From Nitrosopumilales archaeon (lineage in GTDB: Archaea; Thermoproteota; Nitrososphaeria; Nitrososphaerales; Nitrososphaeraceae): a stretch of 64,000 bases of DNA. Positions 39,988-50,300 of the stretch are shown here, piece by piece; the first letter of the stretch is position 1; each line of letters starts with the position of its first letter. The stretch is from positions 33,083 to 97,082 of the forward strand of contig JBIQJB010000004.1 of NCBI GenBank assembly GCA_044507735.1, in the 5' to 3' direction. The notes below the pieces were generated by a model. The model was not told the origin of the DNA. It was given only the letters and a program-made list of their open reading frames with translations, and did no database searches. The translations under genes were made by a program, and so were the position numbers.

Positions 39988-41049
39988 TTGTCCGGGGACA
40001 AGACACCGGCGGCCACCGGCAAGGCTTCAGGATATACAATATTCGGAATCAACTCAAGCATCATGGCAACGCTGGTGCTGATTGCCCCGATTATCTATAC
40101 GCTAGTCGTCTATTCCGATTCCTTCAGCCTATCATGGAACCAGGGCAGGGGAGGATTTCTGTTTGCAATGGCGTTCATAGCTGCTGAGCTTGTTGGCCTC
40201 AGATATCCAATAAGCAGGACAAGATTCCTGATTGTGGTAGGATTGGCGGCTCTGACTATTGCGTATTTTGTATCTCTTCCAATAGGGCTTGAAAAATACA
40301 TACGCGAAGGAGCAGACTACTACCCGGTTTCTCTGGAAGACAGCTGGGTATGGATGTGGGACTTTGTCATAATGTCAGTATTTGTCGGAAGCTCGCTTGT
40401 CGTCCTCTTCGGCAGAAAATGGTACAAGATAGCGCCAGCCGGTGCAATATATCTGGCAGGCAGCGCAGTGATACTTGCGCTCGATGCATTCTTTCCGTTT
40501 GACACTTTAGGTCCACTTCAGGTCATAGTTCCACTATACCTGATAATAGACACAGGAGTCATCAACTTTATCGACGATTATGTGATAAATGTGGGACCCG
40601 AAAATCCTGCCAACCCGGCAGACCCAGCCACCCTAAGAAGCGGCAACTTCTTGATACTCAATGGGCTGCATGGCCCCTTTGCCCTCAGAGTATTCTGGCC
40701 TTCTGCAGGCGTGCACAGCATGATAATCTATACGCTTGTTATGCTCGCTTTCTTGCTCAAGATGGAGATCCCGCTAAAGAGAAAGCTGATCTACTTTGCA
40801 ATCGGCACGTTTGGAACAGTCGGGGTGAACATCATCAGGATAACTTCTCTTTCACTCTACGCGCTTGTGGTGACTACAAATGTCTCGGAATGGGAAGCGT
40901 TCCATTCTGTGGCGGGCGAGATAATGTTCCTGCCCTGGCTTGGCATTTATCTTGGAATAGTCATGTTTGTGGAGAGCAAAAGGCTAAAGAGGGAGCGAGA
41001 AGAGGCAAACGCGGCCCCTGCCGCTACCACTACAGGTGCGAGCCCATAA
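39988..41049 (+). CDS. Thaumarchaeosortase (exosortase/archaeosortase family)
   Basis: Polytopic membrane protein; 'SWNQGRGGFLFA', 'VFWPSAGVHS', 'VNIIRITSL', 'WEAFHSVAGEIMF'. Confidence 0.85.
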   Translation: MSGDKTPAATGKASGYTIFGINSSIMATLVLIAPIIYTLVVYSDSFSLSWNQGRGGFLFAMAFIAAELVGLRYPISRTRFLIVVGLAALTIAYFVSLPIGLEKYIREGADYYPVSLEDSWVWMWDFVIMSVFVGSSLVVLFGRKWYKIAPAGAIYLAGSAVILALDAFFPFDTLGPLQVIVPLYLIIDTGVINFIDDYVINVGPENPANPADPATLRSGNFLILNGLHGPFALRVFWPSAGVHSMIIYTLVMLAFLLKMEIPLKRKLIYFAIGTFGTVGVNIIRITSLSLYALVVTTNVSEWEAFHSVAGEIMFLPWLGIYLGIVMFVESKRLKREREEANAAPAATTTGASP

Positions 41050-42163
41050 AGTCCAACATCGTATTCTGACCTTCGCTGCTCTGTAGGTCCGAGACTCGGA
41101 TACCAAGCCGCCTAACCTTCATTGGTCCCGCTCCTCTCATTGCTTCATCAAGCACAGATTTTGCAGTCTGATGCAGTTGTTCGAAACTAGTCGAGTGTAC
41201 CTTGAGGCTTCTGGACCTAGTAAGATTTTCCAAGTTGTTCAGTATCAAGAGTACTCCCACATTCTTGAATGACATCTTTTTGCTTTCTGTCGCTTTGAAG
41301 ACCGACTTGCACAGCTCTTGGAGCTCACGCTCCATTTCTTCAGCGCTGTCCGCATCGGTCTTAAGCGTCGTAATCCGCATTATTTGTTGCCGGTCGCCGG
41401 ATTCAATTACGGGTTCTTCGTCAAGGCCTTTCGCTGCATTGTGCATGTAGACCGCAGCCTTCTTACCAAACTCTTCTATCAACCGGTAAAGATCAAAGCG
41501 TGCGAGGTCGCCTATCGTCCTGATCCCAAGCTCTCCTAACCTCTCGCTTGTCTTGGGGCCTATCCCCGGGATCCTAGCCACATCCATGCCAGCAACAGAT
41601 TCAGCTGCATTAGAAGGGTCGATTATAGTCAAGCCATCAGGTTTTTGCATGTCCGACGCCATTTTTGCAAGCATCTTGTTTGGGGCAACCCCGATTGAGC
41701 ATGTCAGGCTTGTCTGCCTTTTCACATCATTTTTTATCTCGCGTGCAAGGGTCGCGGCGACATCAAAGCTTTCTGATCTATTTGACACATCAAGATAGCA
41801 TTCATCGATACCCACGCATTCGAATTTGTCGGCATACCAGCTGATGATGGACATCGCTGATCCAGATATTTGCGAATAGTAGGCAGGTTCAAGGGGTAGA
41901 AACACTGCATCTTGAACGGCAGCGAGCTTTGATTTTGCAACTCTGATCGGCATGCCTGACTTAACCCCAAATTTTCTCGCGACATAGTTAGCAGTGCTGA
42001 CGACCCCACTGTCTTCGGTTCTGCCAGAGAAGACACACACAACCAGAGGTTTGGTCTTCAGTTCTGGTCTGCGAAGCTCTTCACACTGGGCAAAAAAGTA
42101 ATCAAAGTCAATGTGCATTATGATCCTTGAAGCGTTGCTGCTGCCTGACCCTCCAACGATCAT
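41030..42163 (-). CDS. dinB: DNA polymerase IV (Y family, Dpo4/DinB)
   Basis: 'MHIDFDYFFAQCE', 'STANYVARKFGVKSGMP', 'GIDECYLD', 'PNKMLAKMAS', 'IPGIGPKT'; C-terminal PIP-like 'QNTMLDFM'. Confidence 0.95.
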   Translation of the reverse strand: MIVGGSGSSNASRIIMHIDFDYFFAQCEELRRPELKTKPLVVCVFSGRTEDSGVVSTANYVARKFGVKSGMPIRVAKSKLAAVQDAVFLPLEPAYYSQISGSAMSIISWYADKFECVGIDECYLDVSNRSESFDVAATLAREIKNDVKRQTSLTCSIGVAPNKMLAKMASDMQKPDGLTIIDPSNAAESVAGMDVARIPGIGPKTSERLGELGIRTIGDLARFDLYRLIEEFGKKAAVYMHNAAKGLDEEPVIESGDRQQIMRITTLKTDADSAEEMERELQELCKSVFKATESKKMSFKNVGVLLILNNLENLTRSRSLKVHSTSFEQLHQTAKSVLDEAMRGAGPMKVRRLGIRVSDLQSSEGQNTMLDFMGSHL

Positions 42164-42314
42164 GTTGATCGTTCTTCCTGTACTCGCTTAAGCTTTTCTA
42201 CTTCCATTATTGTCTGTCGTTTAGAGTGTCCTGTAGGAATAGGAGCTACGTATCCCGAGAATGATGACCCTTGTCTCAATTTAGAGGGAATTAGAATGCG
42301 GTATAGTATCATGC

Positions 42315-42562
42315 TCATTGTCGTGATTTGGCAGTATCGTAGGCAGTCATAGCGCATATCGTGACTAGAGGATTGATCTCCATTGACTTAGTGCAACATT
42401 CGTTACTTATCGTTCCAAATGTCAGACAATCGAATTCGTAATTGTCAAGCTTGATGGTGAAAGGCGCCCCGAACGGATTTGTACTTGCTTCACTTTGCAA
42501 TAGTCGCTCAACACCATCAGAAGGATAAAAGTGAAATCCTGCTCATGGCCGAATAAGAGTAT
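42315..42562 (-). pseudogene. Decayed response-regulator receiver domain gene
   Basis: Two frames join into 'ILLFGHEQDFTFILLMVLSDYCKV / EASTNPFGAPFTIKLDNYE...KSMEINPLVTICAMTAYD', matching REC order (ILLVDDE..., FTDP..., KICFMTAY); frameshift and lost acidic pocket. Confidence 0.6.
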
Positions 42563-42726
42563 TCATTGTATTTCCTCCTCAACAGGCATCTTGTCACTCG
42601 CATCAGCGATCCTTACCTCTGGCCACAGATAGGAATAGCTCGATGATTCCTGCGTTCTGTGTTAGATTCATAATGATCAAAGACTACTGACACTAGTTAA
42701 ATAGCCATCCTGCGCACACACAGGCC

Positions 42727-42984
42727 ATGACCTCTGCGGCTGATGATGACTATCCTGTAGTACCAGGACAAGACGGCATCAAGCTAAAGACTGAAAAGAT
42801 GGTTGCAGACAGGTTGTACCACTGCATCTACGACGACAAAGTATTCCTGTTTTATAAAGACGAAGAGGGGTTGCTCCACTGTTACGAAGTCTCAGACCCA
42901 GACGCAGTGAGGGAAATTGCATCAAATCCTTCTCAGGTAGAGAGCATACTCAAGAAATATTCCGGTCAAACAGATTCCCAGTAA
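42727..42984 (+). CDS. Hypothetical protein
   Basis: ATG with TTAAATA upstream; 'RLYHCIYDDKVFLFYKDEEGLLHCYEV' is protein-like. Confidence 0.75.
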   Translation: MTSAADDDYPVVPGQDGIKLKTEKMVADRLYHCIYDDKVFLFYKDEEGLLHCYEVSDPDAVREIASNPSQVESILKKYSGQTDSQ

Positions 42985-43031
42985 AAGGGCTCATAAACGT
43001 TATATTCCAGCGTGCAGAATACTCTCGCACC

Positions 43032-43358
43032 ATGTCTACAAACACTGCAAATGCCGCAAATACCAACATAGCTAGATCTAGCAAGCCAAGCAACGAGATA
43101 TTTATCGGGAAAAAACCGCTCATGGCCTACGTCACCGCAACACTGGTCCAGTTGGCAAATGAACCAACAGTGGTGATCAAGGCGAGAGGAAAGAGCATCA
43201 CAAGAGCGGTAGACGTGGCCCAGATCATTGTAAAGCGAATGGACCCGCTAGGATACAAGATCGGACCGATCAAGCTGGGCTCCGAGACCGTGCAGTCGGA
43301 GGACGGCAAAACAAGAAGCGTCTCAACGATTGACGTCCCGATTTCTCGTGCAAGTTAA
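43032..43358 (+). CDS. albA: Alba DNA/RNA-binding protein
   Basis: 'IFIGKKPLMAYV...VVIKARGKSITRAVDVA...GSE...RSVSTIDV'. Confidence 0.95.
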   Translation: MSTNTANAANTNIARSSKPSNEIFIGKKPLMAYVTATLVQLANEPTVVIKARGKSITRAVDVAQIIVKRMDPLGYKIGPIKLGSETVQSEDGKTRSVSTIDVPISRAS

Positions 43359-43413
43359 TGGCAAAACAGCAAATCTGCTGTCTTGCTAGGCACTAGAATT
43401 TTTCTTGTAAAAA

Positions 43414-44040
43414 TTACATCGATTGTAGTATGAACATTATTCCATAGTATGCCAGTATCGCCGTAAGCCCCACAATCAGGAGGGGATAATATTTGGACTC
43501 GAGAACCGAATTCCCCTTTGCCGCTAGATAGGCCGTGCCCATGAGCCATGCATAGTCCATCCATATGTGCGTACCAAATAGCAAGATTATTCCAGGCACA
43601 AATCCAAACGCTGTGTACGAATCGGTTACTAGCTTGAGCCCTATCGTAAACCACCAGATGAGAAAGAAAGGATTGAGCGCAGAAAGCGCAGCCCCCACTA
43701 CAAGCGGGCTTTTGTTATTGGTTATTGCAGGGGCAGTGACGGTATTCTTTCTCCTGACTACGTCAGCAATCTGGAGACAGGCAAATCCAAGTATTCCTAC
43801 TCCCCCAATTACCCCTATCGCGCCCGCATACTGAACCGCTGCTGAAGAAGTGAAAAGCCCTGCCGCGAGGGCGACTATGAGGGGCAGCTCCACTGCTGCA
43901 TGCCCGCATGCGACCTTTAGGCCAGCTCGTGTTCCCTGTTTCGTACCGTAGAGCAGATTTGCGAAAAAGAGAGGCCCTGGTGCAAATACACCCGATGCAG
44001 AGATGGCTACAACCTGCACCCCAAAATCGAACAGCTCCAT
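43414..44040 (-). CDS. LysE family translocator
   Basis: 'SGVFAPGPL', 'GHAAVELPL', 'SALNPFFLIWW', 'HIWMD'. Confidence 0.88.
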   Translation of the reverse strand: MELFDFGVQVVAISASGVFAPGPLFFANLLYGTKQGTRAGLKVACGHAAVELPLIVALAAGLFTSSAAVQYAGAIGVIGGVGILGFACLQIADVVRRKNTVTAPAITNNKSPLVVGAALSALNPFFLIWWFTIGLKLVTDSYTAFGFVPGIILLFGTHIWMDYAWLMGTAYLAAKGNSVLESKYYPLLIVGLTAILAYYGIMFILQSM

Positions 44041-44138
44041 GTATAGTATGCTCTAGCAACGGAGCCCTCGTGAAAAGTGTTTTTGTCTGCAGCACAGAAT
44101 CGCTTAATAGAACGGACGTCGCAAACACGGAACAATAT

Positions 44139-45215
44139 ATGGTGGATACAATTCGCACCATTAGGCTTTTGGGCAAATGGTCTGCCAACAGAGCGATGGG
44201 AAGAAGGCGGCCGATTATCGCAGTGTTCAGCATGACACACTACTGCAATTTCTACTGCCCGATGTGTCCATTTGGAGACGCCGACAAAGAAGGTCAGATG
44301 AGGCTCGTGCGCACGAGAGATCTCACCACCGAACAGTGGAAGGCGGTATTTGACAAAGTATCAAGGCACTGCGTCTGGTCAATAATAGAAGGCGGAGAAC
44401 CCACCAGCAGGCCTGACTTTATGGAGCTTGTAAAGTATCTTTACAATCTTAGAATGCCGATAACGCTAATCAGCAACTGCTCACTGCTTCACACCATTGA
44501 TCTAGATGAGCTAAGGAAATACATCCAGTTTGTAACATGCAGCATCGACTCGACCTATGAAGAACCCTACTGCAGAGTGCGTGGAGTCACACCGCAGATG
44601 TTCAAGAGGGTTATTGACAATGTTCGCCTGCTGACAGAGCACCAAGTGCCCCACTATTTCAACAGCGTAATAACGAAATACAACGCGCAGGAATTCATCG
44701 ATCAGACCTATTTTGAAAGGGCGAGAGAGCTTGGCGTAAACGCTGTCTCGCTCACGTTTGTTGAGGATCGTTCAGATGTCAACTATTCTCTCCTGCCCGA
44801 TAGGAAGACCATGGAGCAGGTGAGCGAAAGCGTTCTTGATTACATGAAAAAGCCAGATGCCGTTCCAATCATGATCCCGCCGGAATATTTCCAGCAAGTA
44901 ATAGATCATGGCAGAACTCTGTTTGACGAATGCGGAGTGTGGAAGAGCGTCTTTGTCAATGGTGACGGCACAGTCATGGTTCCCTGCTGGAAGTTCAACT
45001 CTCCGGAGAATGTGTACAGCCTGCTTGAGAAGAGCGTGGACGAGATATGGGATGCCCCCCAGTGGGATATTGCAAGGACGTGCCACGAGTGCAAGGTGCT
45101 TGGCTGCATTTGGTACTCCTCGCAGCCAGTAACTACGTTTGCAAGGAACTATATGCGCGGTCTTGGCAAGATAATCGGTCAAAAGAGGCCAGAGCTTGCC
45201 GAAGCTGTTCCTTAG
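44139..45215 (+). CDS. Radical SAM protein with C-terminal auxiliary-cluster domain (PTO1314-like)
   Basis: 'CNFYCPMC', 'EGGEP', C-terminal 'ECG...VNGDGTVMVPCW...CHECKVLGC'; start ATG 44139. Confidence 0.88.
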   Translation: MVDTIRTIRLLGKWSANRAMGRRRPIIAVFSMTHYCNFYCPMCPFGDADKEGQMRLVRTRDLTTEQWKAVFDKVSRHCVWSIIEGGEPTSRPDFMELVKYLYNLRMPITLISNCSLLHTIDLDELRKYIQFVTCSIDSTYEEPYCRVRGVTPQMFKRVIDNVRLLTEHQVPHYFNSVITKYNAQEFIDQTYFERARELGVNAVSLTFVEDRSDVNYSLLPDRKTMEQVSESVLDYMKKPDAVPIMIPPEYFQQVIDHGRTLFDECGVWKSVFVNGDGTVMVPCWKFNSPENVYSLLEKSVDEIWDAPQWDIARTCHECKVLGCIWYSSQPVTTFARNYMRGLGKIIGQKRPELAEAVP

Positions 45216-45786
45216 CTTTCAGTGATTGAAGCAAAAGAGAACTTATTCTCCTTGCATCATGGGAAGGGTGTTTGTCTCGCTATAGCTTTTCCCGATCAGT
45301 CATGACATCATCAAAGATTACTGCGTAAAACAGAAGAGCAATTCAGAAAAAGGTTGGACCAGCGTCCGAATTGAAGAGCGGGCAATACTCTGATAACTAG
45401 TACTGGACATTACCAAGAAGATCCCTCCTAAAGGACACGCGAACAAGAGCCTGAAGATTATAGATGAACCCAAATGAGAGCGCATGGCGTCGCATATGAT
45501 CCTCACGGGGCCTAGGCAGAAAAAAATGCAAGTTCATGTTTTTGGCAATTAGGATGCAGGGGAAGAGGACATTCACCATCGGCGATAAAAGATGCTCTTG
45601 ATTTTCGTTCGAAAGCAGGTTCATTGGTTGCTCGTATCAAGAAAGTCCAAGGGACGGATCTCCCAACCGAATTAAAGGGTGCGATAAACCATGCACTGAA
45701 ATAGATCTGTACTAAATTCCCTAAAGACAATTTCCTAAAGAAAGAAATAACCTGTAAATACCAAAGCTTGAAGTATGTGCTGAAGT

Positions 45787-46092
45787 ATGATGTACGGCGG
45801 AGGCATCGATGGGCTTTCGACACAACGACCCGCGTGCCAGGTAGCTGGATGTTTTGAGCCGGCATCTGTGTATGTGGTGATAAAAGAGAGCGATGTCAAC
45901 GCGCTAGGCCTTGATTCATCTGAAAAGCAGGTGGTTGGAATGGAAAAGGAATGTCTGGCCGACATTAACGCGTTCAAGCTGATATTATATCTCTGCGCGC
46001 GTCACGACTATGACCTGAAATACCTGCTAAAAGGTAACGAACTAGAGATAGCAAAAAGGCGCCACTTGGTTCTCAGGGAAACAACAGAGTAG
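45787..46092 (+). CDS. Hypothetical putative zinc-binding protein
   Basis: 'CQVAGC...LYLCARH' (C-x4-C...C-x2-H); immediately upstream of ino1. Confidence 0.55.
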   Translation: MMYGGGIDGLSTQRPACQVAGCFEPASVYVVIKESDVNALGLDSSEKQVVGMEKECLADINAFKLILYLCARHDYDLKYLLKGNELEIAKRRHLVLRETTE

Positions 46093-46125
46093 ATATATTA
46101 ATCAGGATTTGATGCCCATTACATA

Positions 46126-47214
46126 ATGGGGAGAAAGGTCAAGGTTGCCGTGGCTGGCGTCGGTAATTGCGCGTCGGCCCTTGTTCAAGGCACTCGCTAT
46201 TATCGCAACAATTCAGAAGCACGCAAGCCAGACAACGACTGGATCGGTCTGACGGCGTATAGTATCGGAGGCATCGAACCTTCAGACATTGAGTTTGTCG
46301 CGGCATTTGATGTTGCAGACACGAAGGTCGGCAAGGACCTGTCTGAGGCGATCTTTGCCAAGCCAAACAACACCGTTAGGATAGTCAAAGAGATGGACAA
46401 GATGGATGTCAAGGTCATGAAAGGCGAAGTGCACGACGGAATTGGCCGGCACCTTTCTCAAAAGGTCAAGATAGCGGACACTCCAGCAGTCAATGTCGCG
46501 CAGGTGCTTAAAGATACCGGCGCGGAGATGCTCCTCAGCTATTTGCCGGTGGGCAGCAGGCGCGGCACACAATATTATGCCGAAGCCGCGCTTGAAGCAG
46601 GCTGCGGATTTATCAATGCCATACCGGTTTTCATCGCATCCACTCCAAAGTGGCAGCAGGCCTTTGCAGGCAAGGGCTTGCCATGTGCTGGAGACGACGT
46701 TATGAGCCAACTTGGCGCCACCGTGGTCCACAAAACACTAGTGAAGTTGTTTGTTGACAGAGGCGTCAAGATCGACCAGACCTATCAGCTGAACATCGGA
46801 GGTGACATGGACTTTTACAACATGCTCGACGAGGAGCGTCTGGAAGACAAGAGAATAAGCAAGACAAGCGCAGTTGCGGCTATGGCTCCATACGAAATCC
46901 CGATGCGCATCGGCCCGTCTGACTTTGTTTCGTTCCTTGAAAACGACAAGGTGTGCTATATCTCAATAAAGGGCGAATACTTTGGCGGGATCCCTGTCGA
47001 GCTTGACCTCAAGCTAAAGGTCGTAGACGCTTACAACAGTGCGGGTGTAATGATTGACGCCGTCAGGGCCACAAAAATAGCAATAGACAGAGGCATTTCT
47101 GGACCGCTTGAGAGCATTTCGGCGTATTGTTTCAAACATCCTCCCGTACAGATGCCATATTCGGTAGCTAAAGCAAACTTCTTGGAGTTTGTGGAAGGAA
47201 AGCGCGAACGCTAG
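46126..47214 (+). CDS. ino1: myo-Inositol-1-phosphate synthase
   Basis: 'AGVGNCASALVQG', 'FVAAFDV', 'YLPVGS', 'GDDVMSQLGAT', 'YQLNIGGDMDFYNM', 'KRISKT', 'NSAGVMIDAVR'. Confidence 0.95.
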   Translation: MGRKVKVAVAGVGNCASALVQGTRYYRNNSEARKPDNDWIGLTAYSIGGIEPSDIEFVAAFDVADTKVGKDLSEAIFAKPNNTVRIVKEMDKMDVKVMKGEVHDGIGRHLSQKVKIADTPAVNVAQVLKDTGAEMLLSYLPVGSRRGTQYYAEAALEAGCGFINAIPVFIASTPKWQQAFAGKGLPCAGDDVMSQLGATVVHKTLVKLFVDRGVKIDQTYQLNIGGDMDFYNMLDEERLEDKRISKTSAVAAMAPYEIPMRIGPSDFVSFLENDKVCYISIKGEYFGGIPVELDLKLKVVDAYNSAGVMIDAVRATKIAIDRGISGPLESISAYCFKHPPVQMPYSVAKANFLEFVEGKRER

Positions 47215-47304
47215 TGAGATTAAAAAAAATTCACCAAAAGGAGCTGGATCGGACGCTACAACACATAATTAGCCCCTGCGGAAACTCAACTCGATAGCTA
47301 TCGA

Positions 47305-50300
47305 TTGGTTCATATCAAAAAGCTCGAAGTGTACGGGTTCAAATCCTTTGGATTCAAGAACACCATTGTGCATTTTGAGAAAGGACTAGTAGCTGTCACT
47401 GGCCCAAATGGCTCAGGCAAGTCCAACATCCTTGACGCCATCATGTTTGCAATAGGAGAGAACAGCCCGAAAGCTCTCAGGGTGGACAAGTTTCAATCTC
47501 TCTTCCACGATAGCCAAAATAGCACTCACAGGCTCATAAGAGTCAGCCTAACGTTTGACAACCTCGACAGAGGTATCCCTATTGACGAAGATACGGTGAC
47601 CCTAACTCGAGAAATGGAGGGCCAGAATGGCGAGAGCCAATATTCTCTCAACGGCAAGAAAGTGAGCAAGGCTGCCATAATGGAGCTCCTCGAGGTAGTT
47701 CTTGCAGCCCCGAACAAGCTGAATATTGTGCAACAAGGCATGATCACAAGGATATCTGAGCTGAACGCTGAAGAGCGCAGGAAGATTATCGAAGATATTG
47801 TTGGGCTTTCATACTTTGACGAGAAAAAGGCAGAAGCAATGAAGCAGCTTGACGAGGCCGATAGGAGGCTCGAAGTGGCATTTGCAAGGATGGGCGAGAT
47901 CCGAAAGCGCATAGACGAACTTGAAGTAGAGAGAAACGACCAGTTGAGGTATGAGCAGATCGGGTCTGAACTAAAGCGATTCAAGGCGATCCAGATTTCG
48001 AATAATATCCGAACCATTAGACACAAGCTGGCTACCAGCAGTCAGATCTTGGAGGCCAACAACCAAAAATCATCCCAACTATCAAAGCAGATCGAGGAGC
48101 TCAGGCAGGAAATTGAACAGCTGGAAACCGAGAAGACCAAGTTTATGCAGGAAGTTGACGCAGCCAACAGAGCAAAGGCTCAGGTTGCAAGCAGAATATC
48201 TGCCATCGTCCACGATTCGGAACGCACAAAGGCTATGCTAGCCGAGTCTGAACGCAGGATAGCGGAAATAGAGAGAAGGCTACCGGCAATAGACGGCGGC
48301 AAACAGATCATTTTCCAGAGGATTGAAGGCGCTCGCACAGAAACAGAGAGGCTCAAAGCGACCGTCGAGCAGAAAAGGGCGGCGATAGGAGAACTCAGGA
48401 AACAGCTTGATGCGATTGACGAACAGATTGAAACCATAACTGCCAGAATCGCGAAATATGCTGCTTTCCGAAACAGGCTGGAAAAGAGACATGCAAAGAT
48501 GTCATCCCTTAAAGGACAGATCGAACTGGCGGCGGCGAGGATTCAGGAAAAGGCCAACACCGTTGCTTACAAGAAGAGTTCCAACGAGACGGCAATTAGC
48601 GCTCTGAAATCGGAAATTGAGTCTTCGAAAAGTACGATAAAAGAACTTGAGTTATCGCTTGAATCCCACCAGAAAAAGCTTCAGGATACAACTAGGCTCC
48701 TTGCCGAGCTTGCAGAGTCAAAGGCAATACTAGAGAAGGAGCTTGCAGGTTCTGCAAGCCTTCTAATCAGGGCGGAGAGCCTGGCCACCAAATTCGAAGA
48801 GAGGGCAAGCGCGGCCAAGAACGCCATGAGCGAGGATTTTGCCATAGCAGAGATAATGAAAGAGAAAGACAAGTTCCGTGTCAAAGGTCTTGTACATGAG
48901 CTCATAAAATGGGATAAGGCCTACGAGCGACCGGTCTTGGCCGCAGGTTCTGAATGGATGAAGGCGTTTGTAGTCGAGGATGTCAACTCTATGATCCTCA
49001 TAGCAGCTTATGCGAAGGAGCGTAAGTTGCCACGCCTGCGGATCATACCTCTTGACGTGGTTAACAGATTCAAAGAAAAACGCGATTTTCCGGACGATGA
49101 TGTAAACGTGATTGGCAGGTTATCTGACTTTGTGCAGTCTCAATACCGAAAGCTGCCAGAATTTCTATTCTCAGATACACTTCTTGTTAGAAACTCGTCT
49201 AGTGCGTTCATGTTGGCAAGACAGGGATACAGAACCGTGTCGGCAGAAGGTGAGCTGATTGAACCAGCAGGAGGCTCGATGGCACTTGACTTTGGAGGCA
49301 AGATAACAGATATGACAAAGGCCATACTGTTTGGGGATTCTGTCGAAGAACTCCGAGAAATGCTTGCCAAGCTATCAAAGACAGTAGAGAAAAAGAATGC
49401 CGCGATGCAAGAGCTTGCGGAGCGCATTGGCGCCAACGAGGCCGAAAAGGTCAGGCTCGATCTTAGCATAGGCAATATCGAGAGCAGGATCCCCTCGGAG
49501 CAGGCAAGCATGAGTGCGAAGGAAAGGTCGATGTTGCAGTTGGTAGCAGACAATCAGGTTCTGCAATCCCAGGCAGATACGTTGGCGGAAGAGCTTGCAA
49601 GGTACGCAAGAAGGCTGGAGCTATTAATCCCTGCGACAGAGCGGATGGCAGCCAAGCTAAAGAGCATTGGCGATGAACCATCAAGCAAGAGCGAGCTTGC
49701 TGCGAAAAATGTCGAGCGCAATCAGATAATCAAGGCCATTGACACTGCAAACATTGAGCTTGGGCAAGCAACTTCTATTCTTGGAGGACTTGAGGGCAGA
49801 CTTGAGTTAGATACTCGTCAGCTGAGCGAAATGGACGCTGAAAAGGAGCGGCTTGCGCTGGAGCTACAGCAGAAAAAGCACCTGGTCGAAGAACTACGAA
49901 TAAAGTCCCAATCACTGGAGACAGAGCTCAAGACCCTGAGAGACCAAGAACAGCAAATAATTGATTCTTCGGGTAGTGCATACAGCGTCCTCCAAGAGTA
50001 CGAGCGCAAGATAAAGGCACTTTCAGAGAACGAGAGAAAATTATCGAAAGAGAATAACATAATCGAGCGAGAGTCTGCACTGCTCCGGAAGGATGTCGCA
50101 GACCTGACGGAGCAGGAGGCAAGACAGGTAAACGACCTAGTCTGGCTTGGCTACAAGAACCTGCTGGAAGAGATGGACGTTGGATTGGCCATCAAAGAGC
50201 TTTCTGACGAATACGAAGATGTTAAGTCAAGGATCAATCTCAGGGCAGACGAGGCATACGTACAGGTAATCGACGGCTACAGAGGCATGTCCACGCGCCG

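Noticed and set aside
43908-44138. N-terminal extensions given by the ORF track (radical SAM; likewise rpl10e, GGR, pgk, dppD, TRAM, cupredoxin)
   Set aside because: The extensions overlap neighbouring genes or promoters; downstream starts fit the family N-termini.
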